From assembly GCA_022826185.1 (NCBI GenBank), contig JAJDVH010000153.1:5070-69069 (forward strand): a DNA stretch of 64,000 nt, written 5' to 3'. The translations under genes and the position numbers were made by a program. Source of the DNA: Alphaproteobacteria bacterium (GTDB taxonomy: Bacteria > Pseudomonadota > Alphaproteobacteria > Bin95). The notes beneath the pieces were generated by a model that was not told where the DNA came from, did not search any database, and saw only the letters and a list, made by a program, of their open reading frames with translations. Of the stretch, positions 30,223-40,718 are shown one piece after another (the stretch's first letter is position 1; each line of letters begins with the position of its first letter).

Positions 30223-31491
30223 CTATCCCAGCTTCACATTGTCGATGCCGATGATCCGGTCGTAGAGCCAGTAGAGGACCAGCACGACCACCAGCAGGAT
30301 GACGCCCAGCGCCGCGGCGAGGCCCCAATTGAGGCTCGACGAGATATGGTAGGCGATCCGGTTGGAAATGAAGGTGCCCGACGTGCCGCCGACCAGCTCG
30401 GGCGTGATGTAATAGCCGATGGCGAGGATGAAGACGAGGATGGCGCCGGCGCCGATGCCGGGCACGCTCTGCGGGAAATAGACCCGCCAGAACGCGGTCC
30501 AGTCCGTCGCGCCCAGGGACTTTGCGGCGCGCATGTAGCTCGGCGGGATCGTGCGCATCACCGAGTAGAGCGGCAGGATCATGAAGGGCAGCAGGATATG
30601 CGTCATCGCGATGATCGTGCCGGTCTGGTTGTTGATCATCGCAAGGCGCGCGCCATCGCCGACAATCCCGAGGAAGACAAGCGTGTCGTTTATGACGCCC
30701 TGTTGCTGAAGCAGCACCTTCCAGGCGGAGGTGCGGACCAGCAGCGAGGTCCAGAAGGGCAACAGCACGAGGATCATCAGCATGTTCGACGTGCGCATCG
30801 GCAGGGTCGCCAGAAGGAATGCGACCGGATAGCCGATCAGGAGGCAGGCGACTGTAATCACGACGCTAAGGATCAGCGTGCGCTCGAACAGGAAGATGTA
30901 GATCCGTTCGTTCTCGGGCCTCGCCTCGATGCCTGTTGCGCCGAGCTTCGCATCGACGGCGTTGAGGAAGTAACCTGACGTGTAGGCGTTCGAAAAACGC
31001 TTGATCGTGGCCCAGGTCTCAGGATCGGCCCAGCTCTTGTGGATCTTGGCGAACTGCGCGGCGAGATCGCCGTCCTCCTCCATCCTCTTGACCCGCCGCC
31101 CGGTCTTGCGCAGCAGGCTGGCGACTCCCGTCTGCTCGTAGTTGAGCCGGGAGCCGAGCTTGGTATGCGCCTTGGCGGCGACCGCGGCGAGCAGGTCCTG
31201 GCGAAGAGCGGCGAAGACCTTTTCGCCCGGCGGTTGGCCGGAGGCGTCGTCCCAGTCCTCCAGCGCCGCCACGGTGAGCGGCAGCGTTTCCGGCACGATC
31301 GCGTTCTCGACCGAACGGAACAGCATGTCCGCGATCGGCGCGGCGAAGGTGACCAGAATGAAGATCAGCAGCGGCGCGATCAGCATGAGCGCGCGCAGCT
31401 TCTGCAGGCGAAGCGCGCGGGCGAGCGACTGCCTCAGCGGCCGGCCGTCTGCCGCAAGGATCGGCCCGGAGACGTTTTCGCCGTTCGCCAT
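30223..31491 (-). CDS. ABC transporter permease (PotB-like, with an extended periplasmic N-domain)
   Basis: 422 aa, multi-TM. Confidence 0.8.
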   Translation of the reverse strand: MANGENVSGPILAADGRPLRQSLARALRLQKLRALMLIAPLLIFILVTFAAPIADMLFRSVENAIVPETLPLTVAALEDWDDASGQPPGEKVFAALRQDLLAAVAAKAHTKLGSRLNYEQTGVASLLRKTGRRVKRMEEDGDLAAQFAKIHKSWADPETWATIKRFSNAYTSGYFLNAVDAKLGATGIEARPENERIYIFLFERTLILSVVITVACLLIGYPVAFLLATLPMRTSNMLMILVLLPFWTSLLVRTSAWKVLLQQQGVINDTLVFLGIVGDGARLAMINNQTGTIIAMTHILLPFMILPLYSVMRTIPPSYMRAAKSLGATDWTAFWRVYFPQSVPGIGAGAILVFILAIGYYITPELVGGTSGTFISNRIAYHISSSLNWGLAAALGVILLVVVLVLYWLYDRIIGIDNVKLG

Positions 31492-31561
31492 TGGTCCCCG
31501 CGCGCCTTCTCCCGAAGGCCGAAAAGGGTGGAGGGGCCGCAGCCCCTCCTTCAGGACGCCT

Positions 31562-32659
31562 TTACTTGGCGAGCCAGGTCTGGAACTTCGCGTCGATATC
31601 GTCGCGATAGTCCGCCCAGAACTCGTAGTTGTAGAGCAGCGTGTTGCTCATGTTTTTCGGCTCGTTCGGCATGTGCGGGGCCATGTCGATACCGAGGGTC
31701 GCGTGCTTGCCCACCAACGGCGCCGAAGACGCGCGCGCCGGACCGTAGGAGATGTATTTCGCCTGGTCCGCAAGGCGCTGGGTGTCCGTGGCGAAGTTGA
31801 GATAGTGCAGCGCGCGCTTCTTGCGCTCGTCGCTCAGGTTCGCCGGGACGATCCACCCGTCGAGGTCGAACACCTGGCCGTCCCACAGCATGGCGACCGG
31901 CTGTTTGTCCTCCTCGATGAGCTTGAACAGGCGCCCGTTATAGGTCGAGCCGATCACGACCTCGCCGTCGGCCAGAAGCTGCGGCGTATCCGCGCCGGCG
32001 GACCACCACACCACATGCTCCTTGATGGTGTCGAGCTTGGCGAATGCCTGCGCCTGGCCTTCTTCGGTCGCCAGCACATCGTAGATGTCCGCCATGGCGA
32101 CGCCGTCGCACATCAGCGCCCATTCCATGTTGTTGATCGGGCGCTTCTCGAGGCTGCGCTTGCCCGGATAGTTCTCCAGGTCGAACACCGCGCAGACATT
32201 CTTCGGTGGCGTGTCGCCGACCATGTCGGTGCGGTAGCCGAAGGTCGTCGAATAGACGATCTGCGGGATGAAGCAGGGCGTCACGAGAAAATCGCCGAAA
32301 TCCTTGGATGCGGGCGTGCCGTCGGGCGCCGCCGCCAGCACCGAATCCACGTCGACTTCCATCGCGAGGCCTTCGTCGCAAAGCCGGATGGCGTCCGAGG
32401 CGACCACATCGACCACGTCCCAGGTCGTGTTGCCGGCTTCCGCCATGGCGCGAAGCTTGGCAACCGCCTCCGCCGCGCTCTCGTCGTTGATGATGTTCAC
32501 CTCCGGATTCATTTCCATGTACGGCTTGTGGTAGGCGTTCATCTGGGACGCCGAGTAGGCCCCGCCCCAGGACACGATGGTCATGTCCTCCGCCTGCGCC
32601 GCGCCGGCCATCGCCACGGAGGCGACTGCGCCGGCTGCAAGGAATGTTCTGAGTTTCAT
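31562..32659 (-). CDS. ABC transporter substrate-binding protein (PotD/PotF polyamine-type family)
   Basis: Start at ATG 32659 (MKLRTFLAAGAVASVAMAGAAQA signal peptide). Confidence 0.8.
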   Translation of the reverse strand: MKLRTFLAAGAVASVAMAGAAQAEDMTIVSWGGAYSASQMNAYHKPYMEMNPEVNIINDESAAEAVAKLRAMAEAGNTTWDVVDVVASDAIRLCDEGLAMEVDVDSVLAAAPDGTPASKDFGDFLVTPCFIPQIVYSTTFGYRTDMVGDTPPKNVCAVFDLENYPGKRSLEKRPINNMEWALMCDGVAMADIYDVLATEEGQAQAFAKLDTIKEHVVWWSAGADTPQLLADGEVVIGSTYNGRLFKLIEEDKQPVAMLWDGQVFDLDGWIVPANLSDERKKRALHYLNFATDTQRLADQAKYISYGPARASSAPLVGKHATLGIDMAPHMPNEPKNMSNTLLYNYEFWADYRDDIDAKFQTWLAK

Positions 32660-32740
32660 GTGGCGTTCTCCCTTGTTTACCACTCGTTCAGTTCAAGCGT
32701 GGCGCAACGGAGAAACAGCGACGCTCCCCCGGGTTACGGC

Positions 32741-33835
32741 TCAAGCCGCGTCCAGCGCCCTGCAGTCGTTCGTGAGCCATCCTATGGGGGTCGTTTCGCC
32801 CACCCTCAGCATTGAATGCTTGGCGGAATTCGGGATTTTGACGATGAAGTCGTCCCGCCCGGCCACCTCCATCCGGCAGCGGATGTGATCCCCCAGATAG
32901 ATCAGTTCGACGACCCTGCCCTGAAGCTGGTTCGGCGCCGAGGGTTCGGCGATCAGCACGCGCTCGGGCCGGATCGACAACATCGTCGGGAAACCGACGC
33001 CCCGGCAATTGACCGCCAGCGCGCCGATCTCCTCGGCCCCGTCCAGATGGACGCGCGCTTCCTTGTCCGCAAACGCCGTTACCATGCCGTCGAGCTTGTT
33101 GTTCTCTCCGATAAACTGCGCCACGAAAGCGTTTTCGGGCCTCTCGTAGAGGTCTTCCGGGGTGGCGAGCTGCTGGATCACGCCGTCGTTGAAGACCGCG
33201 ATCCGGTCGGACATCGTCAGGGCCTCCGACTGGTCGTGCGTGACATAGACGACGGTGACGCCCAACCGCTCATGCAGGTGCTTGATCTCGTACTGCATGT
33301 GTTCGCGGAGCTGTTTATCCAACGCTCCCAGCGGTTCGTCCATCAGCACAAGGTCCGGCTCGAACACCAGGGCGCGCGCCAGCGCCACCCGCTGCTGCTG
33401 GCCGCCGGAAAGCTGGGCCGGCCGGCGCCCTGCGAACTCGGTTCCGCCCATTTGAACCATGTCCAGCGCACGCTGAACTTTTTCCTCTACCTCCGCACGG
33501 CTCATCCGGCGCACCTGCAACGGAAACGCCAGGTTCTCCGCGACGGTCATGTGGGGGAAGAGGGCGTAATTCTGGAAGACCATCCCGATGCCGCGCTTGT
33601 GCGGGGGGATGTTGTTGATCGGGCGCCCGCCGAGGTTGATCTGGCCGTGCGTCGCCACCTCGAACCCGGCCAGCATCATCAGGCAGGTTGTCTTGCCGGA
33701 GCCCGAAGGGCCGAGCATCGTAAGGAATTCGCCGCGCGCAATTTCGAGGTTCAGATTCTTCACGACAAGCGTTTCGCCGTCGTAGCTCTTCTGAACTCCG
33801 TCAAACATGACGAAAGCGCGATCCTGGTCCGTCAC
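32741..33835 (-). CDS. ABC transporter ATP-binding protein (PotA-like)
   Basis: Walker [10 protein letters not shown], signature [15 protein letters not shown], Walker [12 protein letters not shown], and a C-terminal TOBE-like domain. Confidence 0.9.
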   Translation of the reverse strand: MTDQDRAFVMFDGVQKSYDGETLVVKNLNLEIARGEFLTMLGPSGSGKTTCLMMLAGFEVATHGQINLGGRPINNIPPHKRGIGMVFQNYALFPHMTVAENLAFPLQVRRMSRAEVEEKVQRALDMVQMGGTEFAGRRPAQLSGGQQQRVALARALVFEPDLVLMDEPLGALDKQLREHMQYEIKHLHERLGVTVVYVTHDQSEALTMSDRIAVFNDGVIQQLATPEDLYERPENAFVAQFIGENNKLDGMVTAFADKEARVHLDGAEEIGALAVNCRGVGFPTMLSIRPERVLIAEPSAPNQLQGRVVELIYLGDHIRCRMEVAGRDDFIVKIPNSAKHSMLRVGETTPIGWLTNDCRALDAA

Positions 33836-33994
33836 GACGTCTCCTGCAGCCGACAGTTGCCAGCGGACGCTAACACAAAGGAAGCAACGGCCGGAAGAGG
33901 AATGATGGCATCTCCCGCCAGACAGGGTTTCAACCCCTTGCAGTTGCTGCTATTCGGCTCGTGTCCGCAAACCTCGAACACGGGAGTTTCCGGT

Positions 33995-34237
33995 ATGGCC
34001 CAGCAACTCCTCCACCTGGTTTTCGGCGGGCGGCTGGTGCACCCCGACGGAACCGAATTCGCTGACCTCGACGCTCTGGATATCGTAGGCATCTATCCCA
34101 ACTACGCCGAGGCCGCCCGGGCCTGGCGGGGCAAGGCCCAGGGCACGGTGGACGACGCGCATATGCGATATTACGTCGTACATCTGCATCGCCTGCTGGA
34201 CCCCGACAACCATGAACACACAGAGGGACATTGCTGA
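33995..34237 (+). CDS. DUF4170 domain protein
   Basis: 80 aa (MAQQLLHLVFGGRLVHPDG…IVGIYPNYAEAARAWRGKAQ…MRYYVVHLHRL), a small family conserved in alphaproteobacteria. Confidence 0.6.
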   Translation: MAQQLLHLVFGGRLVHPDGTEFADLDALDIVGIYPNYAEAARAWRGKAQGTVDDAHMRYYVVHLHRLLDPDNHEHTEGHC

Positions 34238-35883
34238 TGGATGGCGGAGAGGCGCTCGCGGAAACGCTTGCGGCATGGGGGGTGGAAGCGGCCTTCGCCG
34301 TACCGGGCGAAAGCTATCTTCCCGTCCTTGCCGGGCTCCAGCGCCGGGCGAACGCCATCCGCCTCGTTACGCCCCGCCATGAGTCAGGCGTCACCTTTGC
34401 CTGCGCGGCCTATGGCAGGATCGCCGGCAAGCCAGCCGTCGGTCTCGTCAGCCGCGGGCCGGGCTCGACCAATGCTTCCATCGGGCTCCATGTCGCGCAG
34501 CAGGACTCGGTGCCCATGCTCCTGGTCATCGGCGATGTGCCGACGCCGTCCAAGGGCCGCGAAGCCTTCCAGGAAATCGACTACCACAAGATGTTCTCCG
34601 GCATTGCGAAGGCAGTGCTCGAACCGCAAACCGCGGCGGATGTGCCGCAGAAGGCGGCCCGCGCGCTGGAACTGGCTGCCGCGGGGCGGCCGGGGCCGGT
34701 GGTGCTGGTCATGCCGAAGGACATTTCGGACGGCGATGCAGGCGCGCCGGAGGTGCCTCGGCCGGTTCCGCGCGCTCCTCTGCTGCCCGATGCCGAAGCC
34801 GTGGCGGCGGCGGCCCGGCTTGTCGATGCGGCCCGCCGCCCGATCGTCATTGCGGGCGAGCTGATCGCGTTCGAAGGCGCGGGGGCGGCCTTGTCCGATT
34901 TCGCTGCGGCCAGCGGCGCGGCCGTGACCGCCGCCTATCGCTGCCAGGACGCCATGGCGAATGACGATCCCGCCTATATCGGGCATCTGGAGATCAACCG
35001 GGACCACTTCCAGGAGCGGGGCTGGGCGGAGGCCGACCTCGTCATCGCCGCCGGGGCAAGGCTGGACGGCATCACGACCCGTGACTTCTCGATGATCCGG
35101 GAAGACCAGACGCTGATACACATCCACCCCGACGCCGAAGTCCTGGGCCGCTGGCCGTCCGGAGCAGCCATCCGGGCCGATGCGCGTCCCGCGCTGGAGG
35201 CATTGTCGGGCGCCGTTACGAACGGAAGCCATGAGCGCCACGAATGGCGGGCGGGGCTGAACAGTGCCTACCGGCAATTTTCGGAACCCGGTGGCGTTTC
35301 TGTTCATGGCCGCGTCGACCTCGCCGAAGTCACGGCCGAAACGCAAAGGCAGTTGCCTGCCGACGCGGTGGTCATAACCGACAGCGGCACCTTCGCGCGC
35401 TGGGTGCATCGCTATTACAGCTTCGGAGAGCCGCGCACGCAGGCGGGGCCGATGGCGGGCGCGATGGGTTACGGCGTCCCCGGCGGCATCGGCGCCGCGC
35501 TTGCGCGTCCCCGGTCCCCGGTGGTCGTGTTCGTGGGCGACGGCGGTTTCCTGATGACCGGGCAGGAAGCTGTGACACTGGTGCAGGAGCGGCTGCCGGT
35601 GAAGATCGTCGTTTGCGACAACAATGCCTGGGGCTCGATTCTCACCTCGCAGCAGACGCGGTACGGCGAAGCCGGAATTTTCGGCACGAGGCTGGAAAGC
35701 CCCGACTTCGAGGCGGTCGGCCGGGCCTACGGGCTCCATTCGAGCCGCGTGCGGGAAACGGGTGAATTCGCTGGCGCCTTTGCCGCTGCCCTCTCATATC
35801 CGGGCCCGGCGCTGATCCACCTGGAGCTGGACGAGCGCGACATTTCCCCCTTCACCGGCCAGTCGCAGTCCTACCGGGTCTGA
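34231..35883 (+). CDS. Thiamine-pyrophosphate-dependent enzyme (acetolactate synthase/benzoylformate decarboxylase superfamily)
   Basis: 550 aa with N-terminal PYR, central, and C-terminal PP domains (GDGGF…N motif region). Confidence 0.8.
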   Translation: MLMDGGEALAETLAAWGVEAAFAVPGESYLPVLAGLQRRANAIRLVTPRHESGVTFACAAYGRIAGKPAVGLVSRGPGSTNASIGLHVAQQDSVPMLLVIGDVPTPSKGREAFQEIDYHKMFSGIAKAVLEPQTAADVPQKAARALELAAAGRPGPVVLVMPKDISDGDAGAPEVPRPVPRAPLLPDAEAVAAAARLVDAARRPIVIAGELIAFEGAGAALSDFAAASGAAVTAAYRCQDAMANDDPAYIGHLEINRDHFQERGWAEADLVIAAGARLDGITTRDFSMIREDQTLIHIHPDAEVLGRWPSGAAIRADARPALEALSGAVTNGSHERHEWRAGLNSAYRQFSEPGGVSVHGRVDLAEVTAETQRQLPADAVVITDSGTFARWVHRYYSFGEPRTQAGPMAGAMGYGVPGGIGAALARPRSPVVVFVGDGGFLMTGQEAVTLVQERLPVKIVVCDNNAWGSILTSQQTRYGEAGIFGTRLESPDFEAVGRAYGLHSSRVRETGEFAGAFAAALSYPGPALIHLELDERDISPFTGQSQSYRV

Positions 35884-35986
35884 AGAAGGGCTTTCAGCCT
35901 CCGCCGGGGGAACGCTCGTTGAAGCCGCGCTCCCGCTGTTCTAGCGTGCAGCGGCGCAGGTTCGAGGCCCGAGGGGGGAAGCCGGC

Positions 35987-38107
35987 ATGAGCATCCGCAT
36001 CGAGACGCTCGACGCATTCTTCAATCCGAAGTCGGTGGCCATTATCGGCGCTTCTTCCAACTTCACGAAGATCGGCGGCCGGCCCGTCCACAACATGAAG
36101 ATCTCCGGCTATGGCGGCGAGGTCTATCCGGTCAATCCGGGCGCTGCCGAAATCCAGGGCCTGCCGGCTTTCCCCGCTATGGCCGACATTCCGGGGCCGG
36201 TGGACATGGCGGTGATCGTCGTGCCGATGCCCGTTGTGGAACCGGCGGTGCAGGCCTGCATCGACAAGGGGGTGAAGGCCGCCATCGTGCTGTCCTCCGG
36301 TTTCGCCGAGATTTCCGAGGACGGCGCGCGCGCCCAGCGCCGCCTGGCCGATCTCGGCGCCGAGGGCGGGCTTCGCATCATGGGGCCCAACTGCATGGGC
36401 GTGATGAACACCGGCACCGGCATGATCGCCACCTTCATCTCGGCCATCGGCGATACGGGGCCTGAGAGGGGCACGATTTCCGTCGCCGCCCAGTCCGGCG
36501 CTTTCGGCGGCCATTGCTTCACGCTTGCCCGCGAACGCGGCCTCGGCCTGAACCTCTGGGCCACAATGGGCAACCAGTGCGACGTCGAGTTCTCCGACTG
36601 CCTCGCCTACATGGCGCAGGACCCCGGCACCAGCGTCGTGCTCGGCTACATGGAAGGCGTCCAGGACGCGGACAAGCTGATCGAGGCGCTCGAAATCGCC
36701 CGCGCGGCCGAGAAGCCGGTCGTGCTGATGAAGGTCGGGCGCTCCGAGGTCGGCACGGCTGCAGCGGCCTCGCACACGGCCTCGCTCACGGGCTCCGACG
36801 CCGTTTTCGATGCGCTGCTCCGCCAGTACAACGTCTATCGGCCCCACAGCATCGACGAGATGTTCGACGTCGGCTACGCCTTCGCCGGGGGCCAGCTGCC
36901 GAAGAGCGCCAGGACGGGCATCATCACGGTTTCCGGCGGCGTCGGCGTCATCATGGCCGATGCGGCGGAGGACGCCGGGCTCGAGCTGCCGCCGCTGCCC
37001 GAGGCGACGCAGGACCGGATGAAGGCGCTCGTGCCCTTCGCAGGCACCCGCAACCCGCTGGATGTGACCGCGCAGTTCATCAACGACGCGACCCTGATGG
37101 AGACCATGTACGGCGCCCTGCTGGAAGACGGCGACTATGCAAGCGCGGTCTGCTTCCTGGCGGGGGTCGGCCTGAACCCGCTGATGATGAAGGAGCTGGA
37201 GCCGAGCCTGGAGGCGGTAAGGAAGCGCTTTCCCGACCATCTGCACATGCTCGCCATCCTGACCACGCCCGAGCGCCGCGCGCGGATCCAGGAGATGGGC
37301 TACCTCTGCTACGAAGATCCGAGCCGGGCGATCCATGCGCTCGGGGTTCTGGCGCGGTATTCCGAGGCGTTGAAGCGGGGGCCTTCCGCGCAGCCGCCGG
37401 CCCTGCCGTCCGGTGCGCCGAGGCTCAGCGCCGGACTGGCCATCAACGAGATCGAAGGCAAGCGCATTCTGGCGGCCGCCGGCGTGCCGGCCGTCCCGGA
37501 GCGAATTGCAGGTTCGCCGTCGGACGCTGCCGAGGCTGCCGAGGCGGCGGGCTTCCCGGTCGTCATGAAGATCGTATCGCCGGACATCCTCCACAAGTCC
37601 GAGATCGGCGGCGTCATCCTCAATGTCGCGTCCCGGGAGGCAGCGGAGACGGCCTGCCGGGACCTGCTTGCGCGTGCCGAAGCGCATGCGCCGGACGCGC
37701 GGATCGACGGCGTGCTGGTCGCGCCGATGGTTTCGGGCGGCGTCGAGACCATTCTCGGCGTCGTCCGCGATCCGGTGTTCGGGCCGGTGGTGATGTTCGG
37801 GCTCGGCGGCATTTTCGTCGAGGTCCTGAAGGACGTGACCTTCCGCATCGCGCCGTTCGGCATCGACGAGGCGCGCCGGATGATCGGCGAGGTGCGCGGC
37901 TACCCGATGCTGCAGGGCGTCCGCGGAGCGCCGCCTGCGGACGAAGACGCGCTGGCGGAGGCGCTGGCAAGGCTTTCGGCGTTCGCGGCCGCCAATGCCG
38001 ATGTGCTTGAGACGATCGACGTCAACCCGTTCATCGTGCTGCCGAAAGGGGAGGGCGCGGTCGCCGTGGACGCGCTGATTGCCGTCCGCGACAACGCCGG
38101 CGGATGA
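35987..38107 (+). CDS. Acetate--CoA ligase family protein (ADP/NDP-forming acyl-CoA synthetase, fused alpha-beta)
   Basis: 706 aa. CoA-binding N-domain (KSVAIIGASSNFTKIGG), succinyl-CoA-synthetase-like flavodoxin domain, and a C-terminal ATP-grasp. Confidence 0.85.
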   Translation: MSIRIETLDAFFNPKSVAIIGASSNFTKIGGRPVHNMKISGYGGEVYPVNPGAAEIQGLPAFPAMADIPGPVDMAVIVVPMPVVEPAVQACIDKGVKAAIVLSSGFAEISEDGARAQRRLADLGAEGGLRIMGPNCMGVMNTGTGMIATFISAIGDTGPERGTISVAAQSGAFGGHCFTLARERGLGLNLWATMGNQCDVEFSDCLAYMAQDPGTSVVLGYMEGVQDADKLIEALEIARAAEKPVVLMKVGRSEVGTAAAASHTASLTGSDAVFDALLRQYNVYRPHSIDEMFDVGYAFAGGQLPKSARTGIITVSGGVGVIMADAAEDAGLELPPLPEATQDRMKALVPFAGTRNPLDVTAQFINDATLMETMYGALLEDGDYASAVCFLAGVGLNPLMMKELEPSLEAVRKRFPDHLHMLAILTTPERRARIQEMGYLCYEDPSRAIHALGVLARYSEALKRGPSAQPPALPSGAPRLSAGLAINEIEGKRILAAAGVPAVPERIAGSPSDAAEAAEAAGFPVVMKIVSPDILHKSEIGGVILNVASREAAETACRDLLARAEAHAPDARIDGVLVAPMVSGGVETILGVVRDPVFGPVVMFGLGGIFVEVLKDVTFRIAPFGIDEARRMIGEVRGYPMLQGVRGAPPADEDALAEALARLSAFAAANADVLETIDVNPFIVLPKGEGAVAVDALIAVRDNAGG

Positions 38108-39282
38108 GCCGCAGCCCCGTCATTGTCGGCGTAGCCGATGCGCCGACCCATGAACGGGGCCGCGCGCTGCCCGGCGCGACGGTGCTTTCCATACAGCGCG
38201 ATGCAGCCCATGAGGCGCTCGCCCAGGCAGGACTGAGGATGCGCGATGTGGACGGTCTCGCTGTCGCCGGCATGTGGGGCATGCCGGGGCCGGGGGCCAT
38301 GCAGCCGGTCCTGCTGACGGAGTATCTGGGTCTCGAATGGCCGCGCTATCTCGACGGGACGAATATCGGCGGCGCGGCCTTCGTGCTGCATGCCGGCCGG
38401 GCGGCGGAAGCGATCCGCTCCGGCCAGGCGGAGACGGTGCTGATCGTTTACGGCTCGCTGCAGAAGAGCCAGACGGCGCGGGCGCTGGGCGGGCGCCCGG
38501 CGATGTTCTCGAACCAGTGGGACATTCCCGCAGGGCTGCCGCTGCCGGTCGGCGCCTATGCGATGGCGGCGCAGAGGCATGCCCATGTTTATGGCTCGAC
38601 CCGCGAGACCCTTGCCGAAATCGCCGTGGCGACCCGGGCCTGGGCGGCGCTCAACCCCGCCGCTGCGTTCCGCGAGCCGATGACGGTGGACGATGTGCTG
38701 GACGCGCGGATGATCGCCTCGCCGCTCGGGCGCTACGACTGCTGCCTCGTCACCGACGGCGGCGGGGCGGTGGTGATGACCACGGAGGAGCGTGCGCGCG
38801 ACCTGCGGACGCCGCCGGTCCATGTGCTGGGCCACGGCGCGTCGGCCTCGCACACGAGCATCGCGCACATGCCCGACATGGCGAAGCTCGAGGCCGCCGA
38901 GCATTCCTCGCGCCGGGCCTACGCCATGGCGGGACGGAGGCCGGCCGAGATCGACCTTGCGATGCTCTACGACAGCTTCACCATCACCGTGCTGATGACG
39001 CTGGAGGCGCTCGGGCTCTGCGGCTACGGCGAGGGCAAGGAGTTCGTCAGGGGCGGCCGGACCGGCCCCGGCGGCGCCTTTCCGGTCAACACCAATGGCG
39101 GCGGGCTCTCCTATTGCCATCCGGGCATGTACGGGCTGTTCACCATCATCGAGGCATGCCGCCAGCTCTGGGGCCTTGCGGGCGAGAGGCAGGCGGAAGG
39201 CGTGCGCACGGCGATCTGCCACGGCACGGGCGGCGTGCTCTCTTCGGGCGCGACGCTCATCCTGTCGACCGAAAACGGCTAG
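38104..39282 (+). CDS. Thiolase-family (SCP-x type) protein
   Basis: 392 aa. Paralogous in architecture to the 22858-24036 thiolase; overlaps the preceding stop. Confidence 0.8.
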   Translation: MSRSPVIVGVADAPTHERGRALPGATVLSIQRDAAHEALAQAGLRMRDVDGLAVAGMWGMPGPGAMQPVLLTEYLGLEWPRYLDGTNIGGAAFVLHAGRAAEAIRSGQAETVLIVYGSLQKSQTARALGGRPAMFSNQWDIPAGLPLPVGAYAMAAQRHAHVYGSTRETLAEIAVATRAWAALNPAAAFREPMTVDDVLDARMIASPLGRYDCCLVTDGGGAVVMTTEERARDLRTPPVHVLGHGASASHTSIAHMPDMAKLEAAEHSSRRAYAMAGRRPAEIDLAMLYDSFTITVLMTLEALGLCGYGEGKEFVRGGRTGPGGAFPVNTNGGGLSYCHPGMYGLFTIIEACRQLWGLAGERQAEGVRTAICHGTGGVLSSGATLILSTENG

Positions 39283-39292
39283 AGTCGGCCCC

Positions 39293-39700
39293 ATGACCTA
39301 CGACAAGCCGGTCCCCGCCATCGACGCCGAATCGGAGCCTTACTGGACCGGCGCGCGCGAAGGCCGCCTGATGATCCAGCGCTGCGGCAGGACCGGGCGC
39401 TGCTTTCTCTATTCGCGCCGCCTTGCGCCGGGCGCGGAGGATGCCGATATCCGGTGGATCGAGGCGAAGGGAACCGGGACCGTTTATTCCTTCACCGTCT
39501 GCCACACGCCGGCCGGGCCGGCCTTCCGGGACGAGACGCCTTATGTCGTCGCCTGCGTCGAACTGGACGAGGGCGCGCGCATCGTAAGCAACCTCGTGAC
39601 CGGGGACATCGACGCGGTCCGTATCGGCCAGCGGGTCGAGGCGTTCTTCGACAGGGTTTCCGAAGACCTGACGATCCCGAAGTTCCGCCCGGCGGGCTGA
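39293..39700 (+). CDS. Zn-ribbon/OB-fold DUF35 protein
   Basis: 135 aa with a CxxC-like ribbon (RCGRTGRCF) and an OB fold. Directly downstream of the thiolase. Confidence 0.7.
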   Translation: MTYDKPVPAIDAESEPYWTGAREGRLMIQRCGRTGRCFLYSRRLAPGAEDADIRWIEAKGTGTVYSFTVCHTPAGPAFRDETPYVVACVELDEGARIVSNLVTGDIDAVRIGQRVEAFFDRVSEDLTIPKFRPAG

Positions 39701-39707
39701 ACCCGCG

Positions 39708-40649
39708 GTGCCGAAACGCTTCTGGCATTATTTCGGCATTGTTGCCGCGGTCGCCGTCTTCGCCGCCGCCGTCTGGGCGCTGACCTGGCAGCTGCGGGAC
39801 CTGCGCTGGGACGAACTCGGCCGCCAGCTTGAAGCGATCCCGCTGCTGCGAATCCTGGCGGCCGTGGCCGCAACCTTCGCCGCCTATCTGGTGCTGGCGG
39901 CCTATGACCACACCGCGTTCCGCTATATCGGAAGGCGCATGTCCTTCGGCCGGGTCGCGTTCGTCTCCTCCATTTCCTACGCCTTCAGCCACAACCTGGG
40001 CTTCGGGGCGCTCACCGGCGGCGCGGTCCGCTTCCGCTTCTACACGGACTGGGGCGTTCCTCCCGGCGATGTCGCCCGCGTCGTCCTCTATGCCGGCATC
40101 GTCTATTACCTCTGCGCGCTTTCCGTGGGCGGCCTGCTGACGCTTCCCAATGCGGCGGTGCTGGCCGATGCGCTGGAGCTCGACGCCGGCCTCATCCGCG
40201 CCGTTGCGGCCGTCTGGGTGCTGTCCGGCGCGCTCTATGTCCTGTGGTGCCTCTGCGGCAGGCCGGTTGTGCGCGTTGGCGAGCGCGAGGTGACGCCGCC
40301 GAAAATCAAACACGGACTGATCCAGTTCTGCGTGGGCATCCTCGAATGGGTGTTCACCAGCGCCGTGCTCTACCTGGTGCTGCCGCCGGATTTCGGCATG
40401 CCCTACTGGCATTTCGTCGCCGTCTATGTGCTGGCCTACATGGCCGGCTATATCAGCCATGTGCCGGGCGGCCTCGGCGTGTTCGAGACGGTGCTGCTGG
40501 TGCTGATGCCCGAGACCGTCCCGACCCATGTCGTGGCCGCGGGCATCATCACCTACCGGGTCATCTATTTCCTTCTGCCGCTGGCCCTCGCGCTCGCCCT
40601 CTTCGGCGCCTACGAAGCCTCCCGGGGGCGCTTCTCGCGCAAGGGGTAG
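39708..40649 (+). CDS. Lysylphosphatidylglycerol-synthase-TM-domain (MprF flippase-like, UPF0104) membrane protein
   Basis: GTG start; 313 aa, about 8 TM, LPG_synthase_TM-like. Confidence 0.6.
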   Translation: MPKRFWHYFGIVAAVAVFAAAVWALTWQLRDLRWDELGRQLEAIPLLRILAAVAATFAAYLVLAAYDHTAFRYIGRRMSFGRVAFVSSISYAFSHNLGFGALTGGAVRFRFYTDWGVPPGDVARVVLYAGIVYYLCALSVGGLLTLPNAAVLADALELDAGLIRAVAAVWVLSGALYVLWCLCGRPVVRVGEREVTPPKIKHGLIQFCVGILEWVFTSAVLYLVLPPDFGMPYWHFVAVYVLAYMAGYISHVPGGLGVFETVLLVLMPETVPTHVVAAGIITYRVIYFLLPLALALALFGAYEASRGRFSRKG

Positions 40650-40718
40650 GGCGTTGTCTCGCACCGGAACGCATGTTAGCCCTTGCCGGCACCTGCACCC
40701 GGCCTCGGAGTTTTCCGA

